Source: Octopus sinensis
Taxonomy: Eukaryota
NCBI RefSeq assembly: GCF_006345805.1
Contig: NW_021824948.1
Span: forward strand, 1 to 17,817
Direction: 5' to 3'
Length of the DNA stretch: 17,817 nt
The translations under genes were made by a program, and so were the position numbers. This document shows, piece after piece, positions 1-9,860 of the stretch. The stretch's first letter is position 1. Every line of letters starts with the position of its first letter. The notes below the pieces were generated by a model. It did not search any database. It was given only the letters and a program-made list of their open reading frames with translations, and was not told the DNA's origin.

Positions 1-39
1 TCCATTGTTGTTGTGTTTTTTGTTTCCCGTTTGGATTTA

Positions 40-46
40 AAATATA

Positions 47-89
<43 letters not shown>

Positions 90-182
90 GTATATATATA
101 TATATATATGTACATACACATGCACACATAAAACACACACACACACACACACACACACAACACACCACACACACACACAAGC
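40..182. repeat. (TA)n / (CA)n compound microsatellite
   Basis: Direct reading of the sequence. Confidence 0.95.
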
Positions 183-263
183 ACATATAATGGAAAACAG
201 GGGGGAAAAGAATTGTACTTGAATAGCTAAGGTAGAGTAATATGCTTTTATGCTTTTATTAAA

Positions 264-402
264 GCTGCAAACCCTCCACAAAACTGTTTCTCAGAATTTC
301 ACATTCTCATTTGCTGGACTGTTTTTATGAATTTTCATCACAGCTAACTGACAAACGAGAATGTAAAACTCAGAATAACAGTTTTGTGAAGATTTTTGCG
401 GC
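264..402. repeat. Imperfect inverted repeat (fold-back hairpin)
   Basis: ctccacaaaactgtttctcagaatttcacattctcatttg (274-313) is a near reverse complement of caaacgagaatgtaaaactcagaataacagttttgtgaag (352-391); outer gctgcaaa/tttgcggc also pair. Confidence 0.8.
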
Positions 403-744
403 ATTGCATTAGAATGCAAAACCTAATACCAGTCCTTCTTCCCCTCAGTTCAAAGATATGAATTCAAAGTTGATGCCAGCATGAAAGCATGCTGGCAAAA
501 TACTGCATTTGTACTTTATTTTACTGAACCATCATTTCTTGTTCTTGATGAGAGAATCCATCATATATATATATATATCATCATCATCATCATCATCATC
601 GTTTAACGTCCGCTTTCCATGCTAGTATGGGTTGGACGATTTTGACTGAGGACTGGCGAACCAGATGGCTGCATCAGGCTCCAATCTTGATTTGGCAGAG
701 TTTCTACAGCAGGATACCCTTCCTAACGCCAACCACTCTGAGAG

Positions 745-1050
745 TGTAGTGGGTGCTTTTTACATGCCACTGGCACAGGGGCCAGTCAGGCGGTACTGGC
801 AACGACCTCGCTTGAATCCTTTTACACATGCCATCAGCACAGGTGCCAGTAAGGTGATGTTGGTAACAATCACGCTCGAATGGTGCCCTTTTATGTGCCA
901 CAGGCACAGAAGCCAGTTGGCTTCTCTGGCAACGATCATGCTCGGATGATGCTCTTGTCACTCTACTAGCACGGGCACAAGTGCCAGTAAGGCGATGCTG
1001 GTAATGATCACGCTCGTATGATGCTCTTTGCACCCTGCTAGCATGGACGC
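745..1050 (-). repeat. Degenerate ~65-bp tandem array (about 5 units) in the RTE 3' UTR
   Basis: Recurring gtgctttttacatgccactggcac-like motifs near 753, 817, 882, 950 and 1021; same unit as the array at 16667-17090. Confidence 0.75.
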
Positions 1051-1187
1051 CAGTCATTGAGTTTGATTTTGATTGATTTCATTTGCCTCAACAGGTCTTC
1101 ACAAGCAGAGTTTTAGTGTCCAAAGAAGGAAAAGGTATGCATAAGTGGGCTGGTTACGCCCCTGGCGTAGGCCATGAGATTATAGTT

Positions 1188-1979
1188 TCATTTGGCTTGC
1201 TGTGTCTTCTCACGCATGGGATATTTCCAAAGGTCTCGGTCACTAGTCATTTCATTGGTGAGGCCTAAAGTTCGAAGGTCGTGCTTCACCACTTCATCCC
1301 AGGTCTTCCTGGGTCTACCTTTTCCTCAGGTTCCCTCAACCGCTAGGGTGTGGCACTTTTTCACACAGCTGTCCTCATCCATTCTCGCCACATGACCATA
1401 CCAGCGCAGTCGTCTCTTTTGCACACCACATCTGATGCTTCTTAGGTCCAACTTTTCTCTCAAGGTACTTACACTCTGTCGAGTATGAACACTGACATTA
1501 CACATCCATCAGATCATACTGGTTTCATTCCTTGTGAGCTTACTCATGTCCTCAGTAGTCACAGCCCATGTTTCACTGCCATGTAGCATGGCTGTTCGTA
1601 CACATGCGTCATACAGTCTACCTTTTACTCTGACCGAGAGGCCCTTTGTTGCCAGCAGAGGTAAGAGCTCTCTGAACTTTTCCCAAGCTATTCTTATTCT
1701 AGCAGCTACACTTTCAGTGCACCCTCCCCTGCAACTGACTTGGTCCCCTAAGTAACGGAAGCTATCAACTACTTCTAGTTTTTCTCCCTGGAATGTGGGA
1801 GAAGTTGGTTGCTGCGCATTTTCAGTGTTTATTGCTCCCGAGCCTCTGCCACATGCAAAAACTATCTTCCCCGTAAGCCCCCCCTTGATATTACTGCACC
1901 TCTTATGTGTCCATAGCTTACACTGGGTACTTCTTATAGAGTTTCTACCTACACCCCTACTACAGATTGAGCAGGGCCA
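1188..1979 (-). pseudogene. RTE ORF C-terminal fragment (PHD-like Cys/His insert plus RT thumb/C-terminal region), two in-frame TGA stops
   Basis: One continuous frame WPCSICSRGVGRNSIRSTQCKLWTHKRC...YLGDQ...SMI*WMC...EGT*GKGRPRKTW...EKTQQAK*; terminal stop at 1188-1190. Confidence 0.88.
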
Positions 1980-1987
1980 TATATATA

Positions 1988-2197
1988 TATTGGTAAAAAA
2001 TGGTAAGACAACAAGAGAATGAAAGAGACCTCAATATTATGTAAATAGAGGAATTTATCTATAAAATAATATGTGACAATTATTCAGTAGCCAGGCCGGA
2101 TAACTGAAGAGATGGTGGCATGGATTTCCACCTCGGCATCCGAAACTCGGTGTTTTATCATGGCTACCGAATAAGTGTCACATATTACATTTACAGA
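1988..2197. mobile_element. PLE pseudo-LTR-like module in fold-back configuration (inverted 3' terminus, hammerhead, partial direct arm), flanked by (TA)n
   Basis: 1988-2093 is the reverse complement of 12684-12786; 2096-2197 is a direct match to 12619-12715; the inner arms 2058-2093 and 2161-2197 pair. Confidence 0.75.
2099..2159 (+). ncRNA. Minimal type I hammerhead ribozyme motif
   Basis: Helix I GATAA(2099-2103)/TTATC(2155-2159); CTGAAGA 2104-2110; helix II G-C plus ATG/CAT with a 1-nt bulge and GTGG/CCAC; GAAA 2142-2145; helix III AC/GT; triplet GTT 2152-2154. Confidence 0.75.
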
Positions 2198-2454
2198 TAT
2201 ATATATATATATATATATAATATATATTATATATGTATGTGTATATATATATATGTATATGATATATATCTATATATATATGTAATATATATATATATAT
2301 GTATGTATGTATGTATATATATATATGGGTGTGTGTGTTGGTATATATATATATATGTATATATATGTATATATATATATATGTATATTAGATAGTATAT
2401 ATATATATATATAGATTATATATATATACTATATATTAATATTCTATGTATATA

Positions 2455-2518
<64 letters not shown>

Positions 2519-2522
2519 ATAT
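2198..2522. repeat. Long (TA)n / (TATG)n microsatellite
   Basis: Direct reading. Confidence 0.95.
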
Positions 2523-2526
2523 TAAA

Positions 2527-2743
2527 GCCGGCGAGCTGGCAGAAACGTTAGCGTGCCGGACGAAATGCTTAGCAGTATTTCGTCTGCCGTTACGTTCTGA
2601 GTTCAAATTCCGTCGAGGTCGACTTTGCTTTCATCCTTCGGGGTCGATAATAAAGTACCAGTTTCGCACTGGGGTCGATGTATCAACTAATCCCTTTGTC
2701 TGTCCTTGTTTGTCCCCTGTATGTTTAGCCCCTTGTGGGCAAA
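2527..2743 (+). mobile_element. tRNA-derived SINE with a Meta-like central domain
   Basis: Head ggcgagctggcagaaacgttagc, B-box-like gagttcaaattcc, central gtcgactttgctttcatccttcggggtcgataataaagtaccag; domain assignment is from memory. Confidence 0.8.
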
Positions 2744-2901
2744 TATATGTATATATATATATACATATATATATATACATATATACATATATATGTATGT
2801 GTGTGTGTGTCTGTGTGTATAAGGAAAATAAGACAAGGTAAAAAATGCTAAAATAATTTTATCATGAAGAATATTTTAGTACCGGTTTCATCCTTTGCAA
2901 C

Positions 2902-3161
2902 TTTTTCAACTTACAGTAAAGCATAAAAAACCAATTAAATTGTGGAAAAATTAAATGAAATGTTTTTTAAAAATATTTCCATAGTTTTCAAATGCAAGGA
3001 ACATTTTCCTTTTTTCAGTCTGTCTCTCTCTTTTTATGCTTCAAGAGTAAAAAAGGAAAATCTCCCTTGCATTTGAAAACTATGGAAATATTTTTAAAAA
3101 AACATTTCATTTACTTTTTCCACAATTTAATTGTTTTCCAGGCTTTACTCTAAGTTGAAAA
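2902..3161. repeat. Long inverted repeat (~115-bp arms, ~33-bp loop)
   Basis: 2932-3015 pairs with 3049-3133 almost perfectly; more diverged outer match 2902-2922 versus 3142-3161. Confidence 0.9.
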
Positions 3162-3162
3162 T

Positions 3163-3422
3163 GTCTGTCTATCTATTTATCTTTCTCTCTCTTTCTCCCT
3201 CCTCTCTTTCTTTCTCTCTCTCTCTTTCTCTATCTATCTGTCTATTTATTTCTCTATTTCTCTCTTTATCTATTTCTCTCTCTCTCTGTCTTCTCTCCTC
3301 TCTCCCCATCTATCTATCTATCAGTGTATCTATCTTTCTCGCTCTGTCCGTCTGTCTCTCATCCTCTTTCTCTCTGTCTCTATATATATATATCATGTGC
3401 ACATGTGTGTGTGTGTGTGTGT
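3163..3422. repeat. (TC)n / (TCTA)n / (TG)n compound microsatellite
   Basis: Direct reading. Confidence 0.9.
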
Positions 3423-3499
3423 AAGCAAATATCCAGTTGTCTGGCAAGTTTATGTGAGTCAGAAAAATCCCAGTACTCTTATAATTAAACCACAGAGTG

Positions 3500-3688
3500 A
3501 GTGGGCAAAATGCTTTGAGGCATTTCATCCAGCCTTACATTCTGAGTTCAAATTTCATTGAGGTCAACATTGCCATTCGACCTGCTGGGGTTGATAAATT
3601 AAGTACCAGTGAAACACTGCAGTCGATGTAATCGACTTTCCCCTCCACACAAATTTCAGGTCTTGTGCCTACAGTCGAAAGGATAATT
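3500..3688 (+). mobile_element. Older diverged SINE sharing head and core with 2527-2743 but with a different 3' tail
   Basis: ttctgagttcaaatttcattgaggtcaacattgccattcgacctgctggggttgataaattaagtaccag aligns to 2593-2660. Confidence 0.75.
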
Positions 3689-4049
3689 AGTATTTGTACT
3701 ATTAGTATTATCATAGTAACATAGGAACCATTTAATGTTACTAAATATTTTCATGCTAGACCTCTTTCAGAAATGGAGAGGAACACTTAGCAATCATCAG
3801 ACATGCTTGAATGAATAAGCATGGCTTTGGTTCTTTGTTACTGATGTCCTGAAAATGCATAGGATACATAATGAAACATATACATGAGTGCTAACAAACA
3901 GTATTATGCAAACTTACAGGAAGTCTACCTCTCAGGCGTATAATAACATGTCATGAAACCCAAGAGATAACTTTTAGGTCAGGCATTGTGTGTGTGTGTG
4001 TGTGTGTGACTTTCTTTCTCTAACATCCTGGTGTTAGATTTTTGCTCAT

Positions 4050-4590
4050 TTCATACACATTTTCCATGCTAGTATGAGCTGGACAAATATATACGTAATA
4101 CTAGCATCGGCCATGACTGTGCTCTCACTTGGCTTGACAGCTCTCCTCAAGCACAGTATATTGCCAAAGGTCTCGGTGACTTGTTTCTGCCTTTGTAAAG
4201 CCCAAAGTTTGAAGGGTATTTTTTACGTACCACTGGCACAGGTGCCAGTAATGCAATGCTAGCATCAGTGATTTCACTAGGCTTAACAGGTCTTCTCAAG
4301 CACGGCATACCACCAAAGATCTCGGTCATCAGTCATTGCCTCCGTGAGGCCCAACATTTGAAGATCATGCTTCACCATCTCATCTCATGTCTTCTTGAGT
4401 CTACCTCTTCTCCAGGTTTCCTCTACTGTTAGAGACTGGCAGTTCTTCACATAGCTGTCCTCATCCATACGCATCACATGACCATACCAGTGTTGTCATC
4501 TCTCTTGCACACCACATCTGATGCCTTTTATATCTAACTTTTCTCTCAACACACTTACACTCTGTCAAGCATGTTCATTGTCCACAATGA
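4050..4590 (-). mobile_element. Decayed, rearranged RTE 3' fragments
   Basis: 4270-4590 aligns to 1190-1500 (gtcctcatcc, catgaccataccag, gcacaccacatctgatgc); 4125-4215 repeats the ORF end; ttccatgctagtatg tail at 4062-4076. Confidence 0.8.
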
Positions 4591-4599
4591 CATATACAC

Positions 4600-5820
4600 A
4601 AGATGGTAGCAAAAGATTCCCAGGGTTTAATAAAAAATAACTTATTTATGTAAATTTTAACATCATCTCACTGGAAAAGACATCCTGATGTCTGTTTCGT
4701 TCTTTGGCACAAAAGTATAGAGAGACTTAAAGAATTCCAAGCACTTCTGAATGGACTTGACATAAACATTCAATTTATGATGGAATAGAGCCACCAACAA
4801 CTTCCATTCCTCAACATCCTCATTAAGAAATCCAGCAACAAAATAGAAACAGACATATACTATAAGCTCATGCACTCCAAGAAATATCAGCTGTTCAACT
4901 GATGCCACCCCAGACATACTAGGGTGAATATCCATTACAACCTGACATTATCTGATAGAAGCACCAGGGACAGATGCCTACATAAAGGATACACATATCA
5001 GCGGGAACTACCCACCATCACCAATTGATATAGGCTTTCAACATTCCCTACAACTCAACATCCACGAACTCAGACACACCAAACTAAAGAAGGATTTACA
5101 ACCAACAGCCCTACCATACATACCCATACACAACCCCCTAAACAAGAGGCCTTCAACACCATCCTCCAGAACATCCCTTTATTAAAAGGGGACCATAGAA
5201 TGGATCAAATCCTCTAAATGCACACCATCATAAAGAACAAAAGACAGTCCAAATCAATGAAAAGTCTTCTAACACAGGCCCAAGTACACTCGTCAACAAC
5301 ATCAAAACCGACTGTAAAAAAAAATGCAGAAGACCTAACTATGGTGTATGTGTCAACCTAATTGAGGGGTTGGGATTCTCCTTCAAACAGGGTCAACGTT
5401 TTACAGTGAAAAACAACTTCACATGTGCTTTGGAAAAACAAATATATGTATTAACTTGTTCAGGGTGTCGAGAACAAAATATTGGTCAAACTAAAAGCAG
5501 TCTATGCTAGAGGATGATGGTACATAGATCCCAGATTAAAATACAAGAATACAGAAAAATAAGCTTAAGCGAGCACATTGATATTTGAGCCACTAATGAA
5601 CAACCCAACTTTAGAATTTTTCAGGGACAATGCAACCTATAATCAGTGCATTAGCGAAAAAGCATATTTTACCACAAAATATAAACCTAGTTTGAATGCT
5701 TCCACCTCAGATGAAACTACAAGAATTTTGAAAAATTGCAACCACTACTGCTACGACCACAACAGGTCACTTTTAGCTCATTTGACCATTAAAGAAGATT
5801 CCATGAACAATCTACTGTGT
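4600..5820 (+). mobile_element. Penelope-like element remnant (Neptune-like), RT C-terminus plus GIY-YIG endonuclease
   Basis: Translation with stops and frameshifts: HWKRHPDVCFVLW (decayed YxDD), IQFMME*SHQQLPFLNILI, IETDIYYK, CHPRHT; then KKCRRPNYGVC, NFTC, QIYVLTCSGCREQNIGQT, RMMVHRSQI, KYKPSLN. Confidence 0.85.
4669..5697 (+). pseudogene. PLE RT-GIY-YIG ORF, disrupted
   Basis: Motifs as listed for the element; multiple stops and indels. Confidence 0.8.
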
Positions 5821-5823
5821 CAC

Positions 5824-6280
5824 ACCACTCCTGTATTCTTCTTCTTCTCTCTTTTCTTCTTCCCTCCTTCTAGGCTGCTACTTGACACCGGTGTTATTCT
5901 ATCATCTCTTTTTTGCAAACTGCTAAGTTATGAAGATATAAACACACACCACACTGTTGTCAAGTAGCAGCCTAGGATGAGAGAAGAAGAAAGAAGAAGA
6001 AGAAGAGAAGAAGAATACAGGAGTGGTATTCTTCTTCTTCTTCTTCTTCTTCTTCTTCTTCTTCTTCTTCTTCTTCTTCTTCTTCTTCTTCTTCTTCTTC
6101 TCTTCTTCTCTCCTTCCTAGGCTGCTACTTGACAACCAGTGTTGGTGTGTTTATATCTTCATAACTTAGCAGTTTGGCAAAAGAGACTGATAGAATAAGT
6201 ACGAGGTTTAAGAAATAAGTCCTGTGGTCAAGGCGGTGCTCCAGCATGGCCACAATCAAATGACTGGAACAAGTAAAAGA
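5824..6280 (+). mobile_element. 3' half of a CORE-type SINE with a (TTC)n tract and a local direct-inverted-direct triplication
   Basis: 6115-6280 aligns to 9435-9608; 5895-6027 is its reverse complement; 5824-5895 is a third, direct, partial copy. Confidence 0.85.
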
Positions 6281-6478
6281 ATATATGTATGAGGAGTGCT
6301 GAAGAGTTCCTCGCTTTGGGTGAAAGAAAATAGAGGAGGATCAGTTAATTATGATTTTATTCAACATATTCCTCCCTCAGAGTCACACACTTATTGCATT
6401 GGTCCTTCAGTTTTTCTAAACCCTGTAAAAAAACTTATGATATGCTTAAAGCCAGGAACTTTTCAACACCTCTCCTAT

Positions 6479-6519
<41 letters not shown>

Positions 6520-6691
6520 CTGGCTTTCACTGTATTTTCTATTTTATCAAACCCCAAGGTGTTCACAATGGCACTGAGCCTGCAGCCAGGTAACCGTGAG
6601 GCAAGCTTCATAACTAAAAATCCATGTCTGTACCTTACCTAGATGTGTGTGTGTGTGCATGTGGATATGTGTATATATATATGTATGTGTG

Positions 6692-6742
<51 letters not shown>

Positions 6743-6983
6743 GTGATCACGTGACCGACCAGACCATCAGATGTTGTTACACATCGCTGGTCACAGAAGA
6801 AAGAGTGGGAGGAAAGTGTGGTGAAAGAGTACAGCAGGGATCACCACCCCCTGCCGGAGCCTCGTGGAGCTTTTTTAGGTGTTTTCGCCCAATAAACACT
6901 CACAACGCCCGGTCTGGGAATCGAAACCGCGATCCTACGACTGCGAGTCCGCTGCCCTAACCACTAGGCCATTACGCCTCCAC
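6743..6983 (-). mobile_element. tRNA-derived SINE with an internal deletion relative to 12248-12558
   Basis: Minus strand: A box TGGCCTAGTGG (6961-6971), B box GGTTTCGATTCCC (6916-6928); tail in gtgatcacgtga. Confidence 0.88.
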
Positions 6984-7046
6984 ACACACCACACACACAC
7001 ACACACACATATAATATTAATATATATATATATATATATATATAAT

Positions 7047-7100
<54 letters not shown>

Positions 7101-7215
7101 ATATATTATATATATATATAAAGAGAGAGGAGAGAGAGAGAGATATATATATATTATATATTATATACACATACATACATACATACATATGTACACACCA
7201 CACAAACACAAACAG
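6984..7215. repeat. (CA)n / (TA)n / (GA)n microsatellites
   Basis: Direct reading. Confidence 0.9.
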
Positions 7216-7581
7216 CTATTTGCAGATAATGCATATATAATTTTAAAATCAATTAACCCATAAAAGTATTTCAGTAATTCCTTGTTACTCACATCATGCT
7301 CAAAAAAAAAAACAAACACAAAAAAAAATACAGTCAAGGAAGTGATGACGGAAGGAAGGAAGTAATGCCCTGACCTTTCCATATCTGAATCAGTATCTCC
7401 CGCGACTATTTTCACCCTCATCACTGCCCTATATATTCCAGTCAATGTAACCTCTGTGACATCACTTCATCTATTTAGTTGTTTCTAATTATGGCCTTTG
7501 TTCATTAACAGACGCCATCTGAAGTCTCCTACTGTTAGTCTTATATTTCAGTGCAGCTGTACATGTAAACTGATATAGATT

Positions 7582-8214
7582 TACACACACACAACACACA
7601 CACAAGCACACACACGCACACACACACAAACCACACACCACACACACCACACCAAACACACACCACACACCCACACACGCACACACACACACACACCCAA
7701 ACACACACACACAACACACACACCACACACACACAAGCACACACACACACACAACAACACACACACAAACACAACACACACAAACACACACAAACACACA
7801 CACACGCACAAACACACACACACAACACACCACAAACACACCACACACAAACACACACAAACACAAACGCACACACACACACGCAACACACACACACCAC
7901 ACAAACACACACACAAAAACACCACGCACACACACACAAACACAAACGCACACAACACAAACACACCACACACCACAACACGCACACCAACACACACAAA
8001 CACACACACACATAAATGTATATGTATGTTTATATATATATGTATGTATATACATGCGTGTGTGTATATATATATATATATGCATAAATTCTTTAGTAGA
8101 ATATATATTTACTCTAGTTCTAAAGTAGTTATATTTGTGTGGTGTGTGTGTGTGTACGTGCATGTGTGTGTGTTTTTGTGCGTATATTACGTGTATATGT
8201 GTGTATATATACAT

Positions 8215-8245
<31 letters not shown>

Positions 8246-8255
8246 CGCATGCATA
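7582..8255. repeat. Highly irregular (CA)n tract followed by TA/TG tracts; ~55-bp direct repeat at 8085-8140 and 8258-8305
   Basis: Direct reading; ttctttagtagaatatatatttactctagtt versus ttctttattagaatatatatttactctagtt. Confidence 0.85.
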
Positions 8256-8546
8256 TTTTCTTTATTAGAATATATATTTACTCTAGTTTTAAACTAATTT
8301 TGTGTTTATAACCCTCAGAGACAACAATGTGTGTCTGACATCTGATGAATTCCGGTTTTGACCCAGTTGGATGCAGTCACGAGTACTCATGCTCTCCCAA
8401 CAAACTTATTTACTTATAAACAGATATGTATGTTTGTAATGTTGAGTTAATCATTTGGTGGTGTACGTTTGGTAACAAGTGTATCAGAAATGTATATACA
8501 CAATTTACAAACACACACATACACACTCACACATATATATATATAT

Positions 8547-8755
8547 CAGCTCTGTCTGGCACCAGTGCGGGTGGCACGTAAAAATCACCCACTACACTCA
8601 CGGAGTGGTTGGCGTTAGGAAGGGCATCCAGCCGTAGAAACACTGCCAGATTTGACTGGGCCTGATGAAGCCTTCTGGCTTCACAGACCCCAGTAGAACC
8701 GTCCAACCCATGCTAGCATGGAAAACGGACGCTAAACGATGATGATGATGATGAT
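8547..8755 (+). mobile_element. Short RTE 3'-end copy (one repeat unit plus (GAT)n tail)
   Basis: Aligns to 17047-17258 and to the reverse complement of 578-770. Confidence 0.9.
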
Positions 8756-8780
8756 ATATATATATATCTTACCGTTTTAC

Positions 8781-8840
<60 letters not shown>

Positions 8841-8862
8841 TATATATATATATATATATGTA

Positions 8863-9102
8863 TATATAATTAGGGTTCAGTAATATAATTTACTTTACCA
8901 CACAGTGAACTTTTAGAAATAGCAGCCAAAAAATCTTAGCTATATCTTCTACTATAAGAAAAATCTCCAGACAATGTATACTCAAAAATATTTTTGAGTA
9001 TACATTGTCTGGGAGATTTTTCTTATAGAAGAAGATATAGCTAAGATTTTTTGGCTGCTATTTCTAAAAGTTCAGTGTGTGGTACTGAACCCTAATTATA
9101 TA
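8863..9102. repeat. Spacerless palindrome (~113-bp right arm; left arm has a 15-bp insertion)
   Basis: Centre ctcaaaaat|atttttgag between 8989 and 8990; arms pair out to tataattagggttcagta / tactgaaccctaattata. Confidence 0.95.
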
Positions 9103-9214
9103 ACGTAATGTTTTAAATATACCTTAAATGGTCTTCTTACATACTGAACACTACTTGGTAAAATTAATTAATAATTAATTGATTTTACCCTTTTATTATT
9201 GATGATATATATAT

Positions 9215-9632
9215 GGAGTGGCTGTGTGGTAAGTAGCTTGCTAACCAGCCACATGGTTCCGGGTTCAGTCCCACTGCGTGGCATCTTGGGCAAGTGTCTT
9301 CTGCTATAGCCCCAGGCCGACCAATGCCTTGTGAGTGGATTTGGTAGACGGAAACTGAAAGAAGCCCGTCGTATATATGTATATATATATATGTATGTGT
9401 GTGTGTGCTTGTGTGTCTGTGTTTGTCCCCCTAGCATTGCTTGACAACCGATGCTTGTGTGTTTACGTCCCCGTCACTTAGCGGTTCGGCAAAGGAGACC
9501 GACAGAATAAGTACTGGGCTTACAAAGAATAAGTCCCGGGGTTGATTTGCTCGACTAAAGGTGGTGCTCCAGCATGGCCGCAGTCAAATGACTGAAACAA
9601 GTAAAAGAGTAAAAGAGTAAAAGAGTAAAGAG
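9215..9632 (+). mobile_element. Full-length tRNA-derived CORE-type SINE (OR2-like) with internal microsatellite and (GTAAAAGA)n tail
   Basis: Head ggagtggctgtgtggtaag...gggttcagtccc; CORE-like cttgggcaagtgtctt; tandem tail at 9601-9632; family name is from memory. Confidence 0.88.
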
Positions 9633-9776
9633 TTATATATATATAGAGAGAGAGATAGATAAATAGATAGATAGATAGTTACAGATATAATCATATATGT
9701 AATCTTTGATAGCATGAATGAAAGGAACTAGAATTATTTGTATCACACACACACGCTCTCTTTTTCTCTCACACTC

Positions 9777-9829
<53 letters not shown>

Positions 9830-9860
9830 GACTCATCTCTCTCTGTCACTCCATATATAT

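Larger units (their letters stand above)
578..1980 (-). mobile_element. RTE-clade LINE, 5'-truncated 3' portion (ORF C-terminus, repeat-containing 3' UTR, (ATG)n tail)
   Basis: Minus-strand translation gives RTE-type motifs EVVDSFRYLGD, RIRIAWEKFRELLPLL, LHGSETW, RRLRWYGHVARM, KGRPRKTW; ends in ...catgctagcatggaaagcggacgttaaacg(atg)n-type tail at 578-630. Confidence 0.9.

Noticed and set aside
5700-5745. Possible hammerhead after the Neptune-like ORF (cagatga...ttttgaaa)
   Set aside because: The core is mutated and helices I-III cannot be drawn.
6297-6345. CTGAAGA...GAAAG motif; likewise CTGATGA at 8343
   Set aside because: No helix I or III at 6297; no downstream GAAA at 8343.
6559-6589. 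Possible 31-nt micro-exon (ccccaag|GTGTTC...GCCAG|gtaacc)
   Set aside because: Splice-like signals alone; no homology or neighbouring exons visible. It would need RNA-seq support.
6916-6983. tRNA gene (also 12490-12558 and 9215-9275)
   Set aside because: These are A/B-box heads of SINEs that continue into SINE bodies, with no complete acceptor stem or terminator.
7370-7440. Acidic coding-like stretch on minus (SDEGENSR / GDTDSDME)
   Set aside because: It needs a frameshift to join, the splice sites are weak, and there is no recognisable domain.
7489-8250. Long Cys/Val-rich ORFs (253, 156 and 142 aa) and similar IY/TH-repeat ORFs throughout the window
   Set aside because: Translations of (CA)n/(TA)n tracts. 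The very irregular CA tract at 7582-8010 looks like unpolished long-read sequence.
8663-8690. CTGATGA-agcc-ttct-ggct hairpin resembling a hammerhead start
   Set aside because: No GAAA follows, and the homologous RTE tail at 17165-17190 reads ctggtgcagcc, so the match is incidental.
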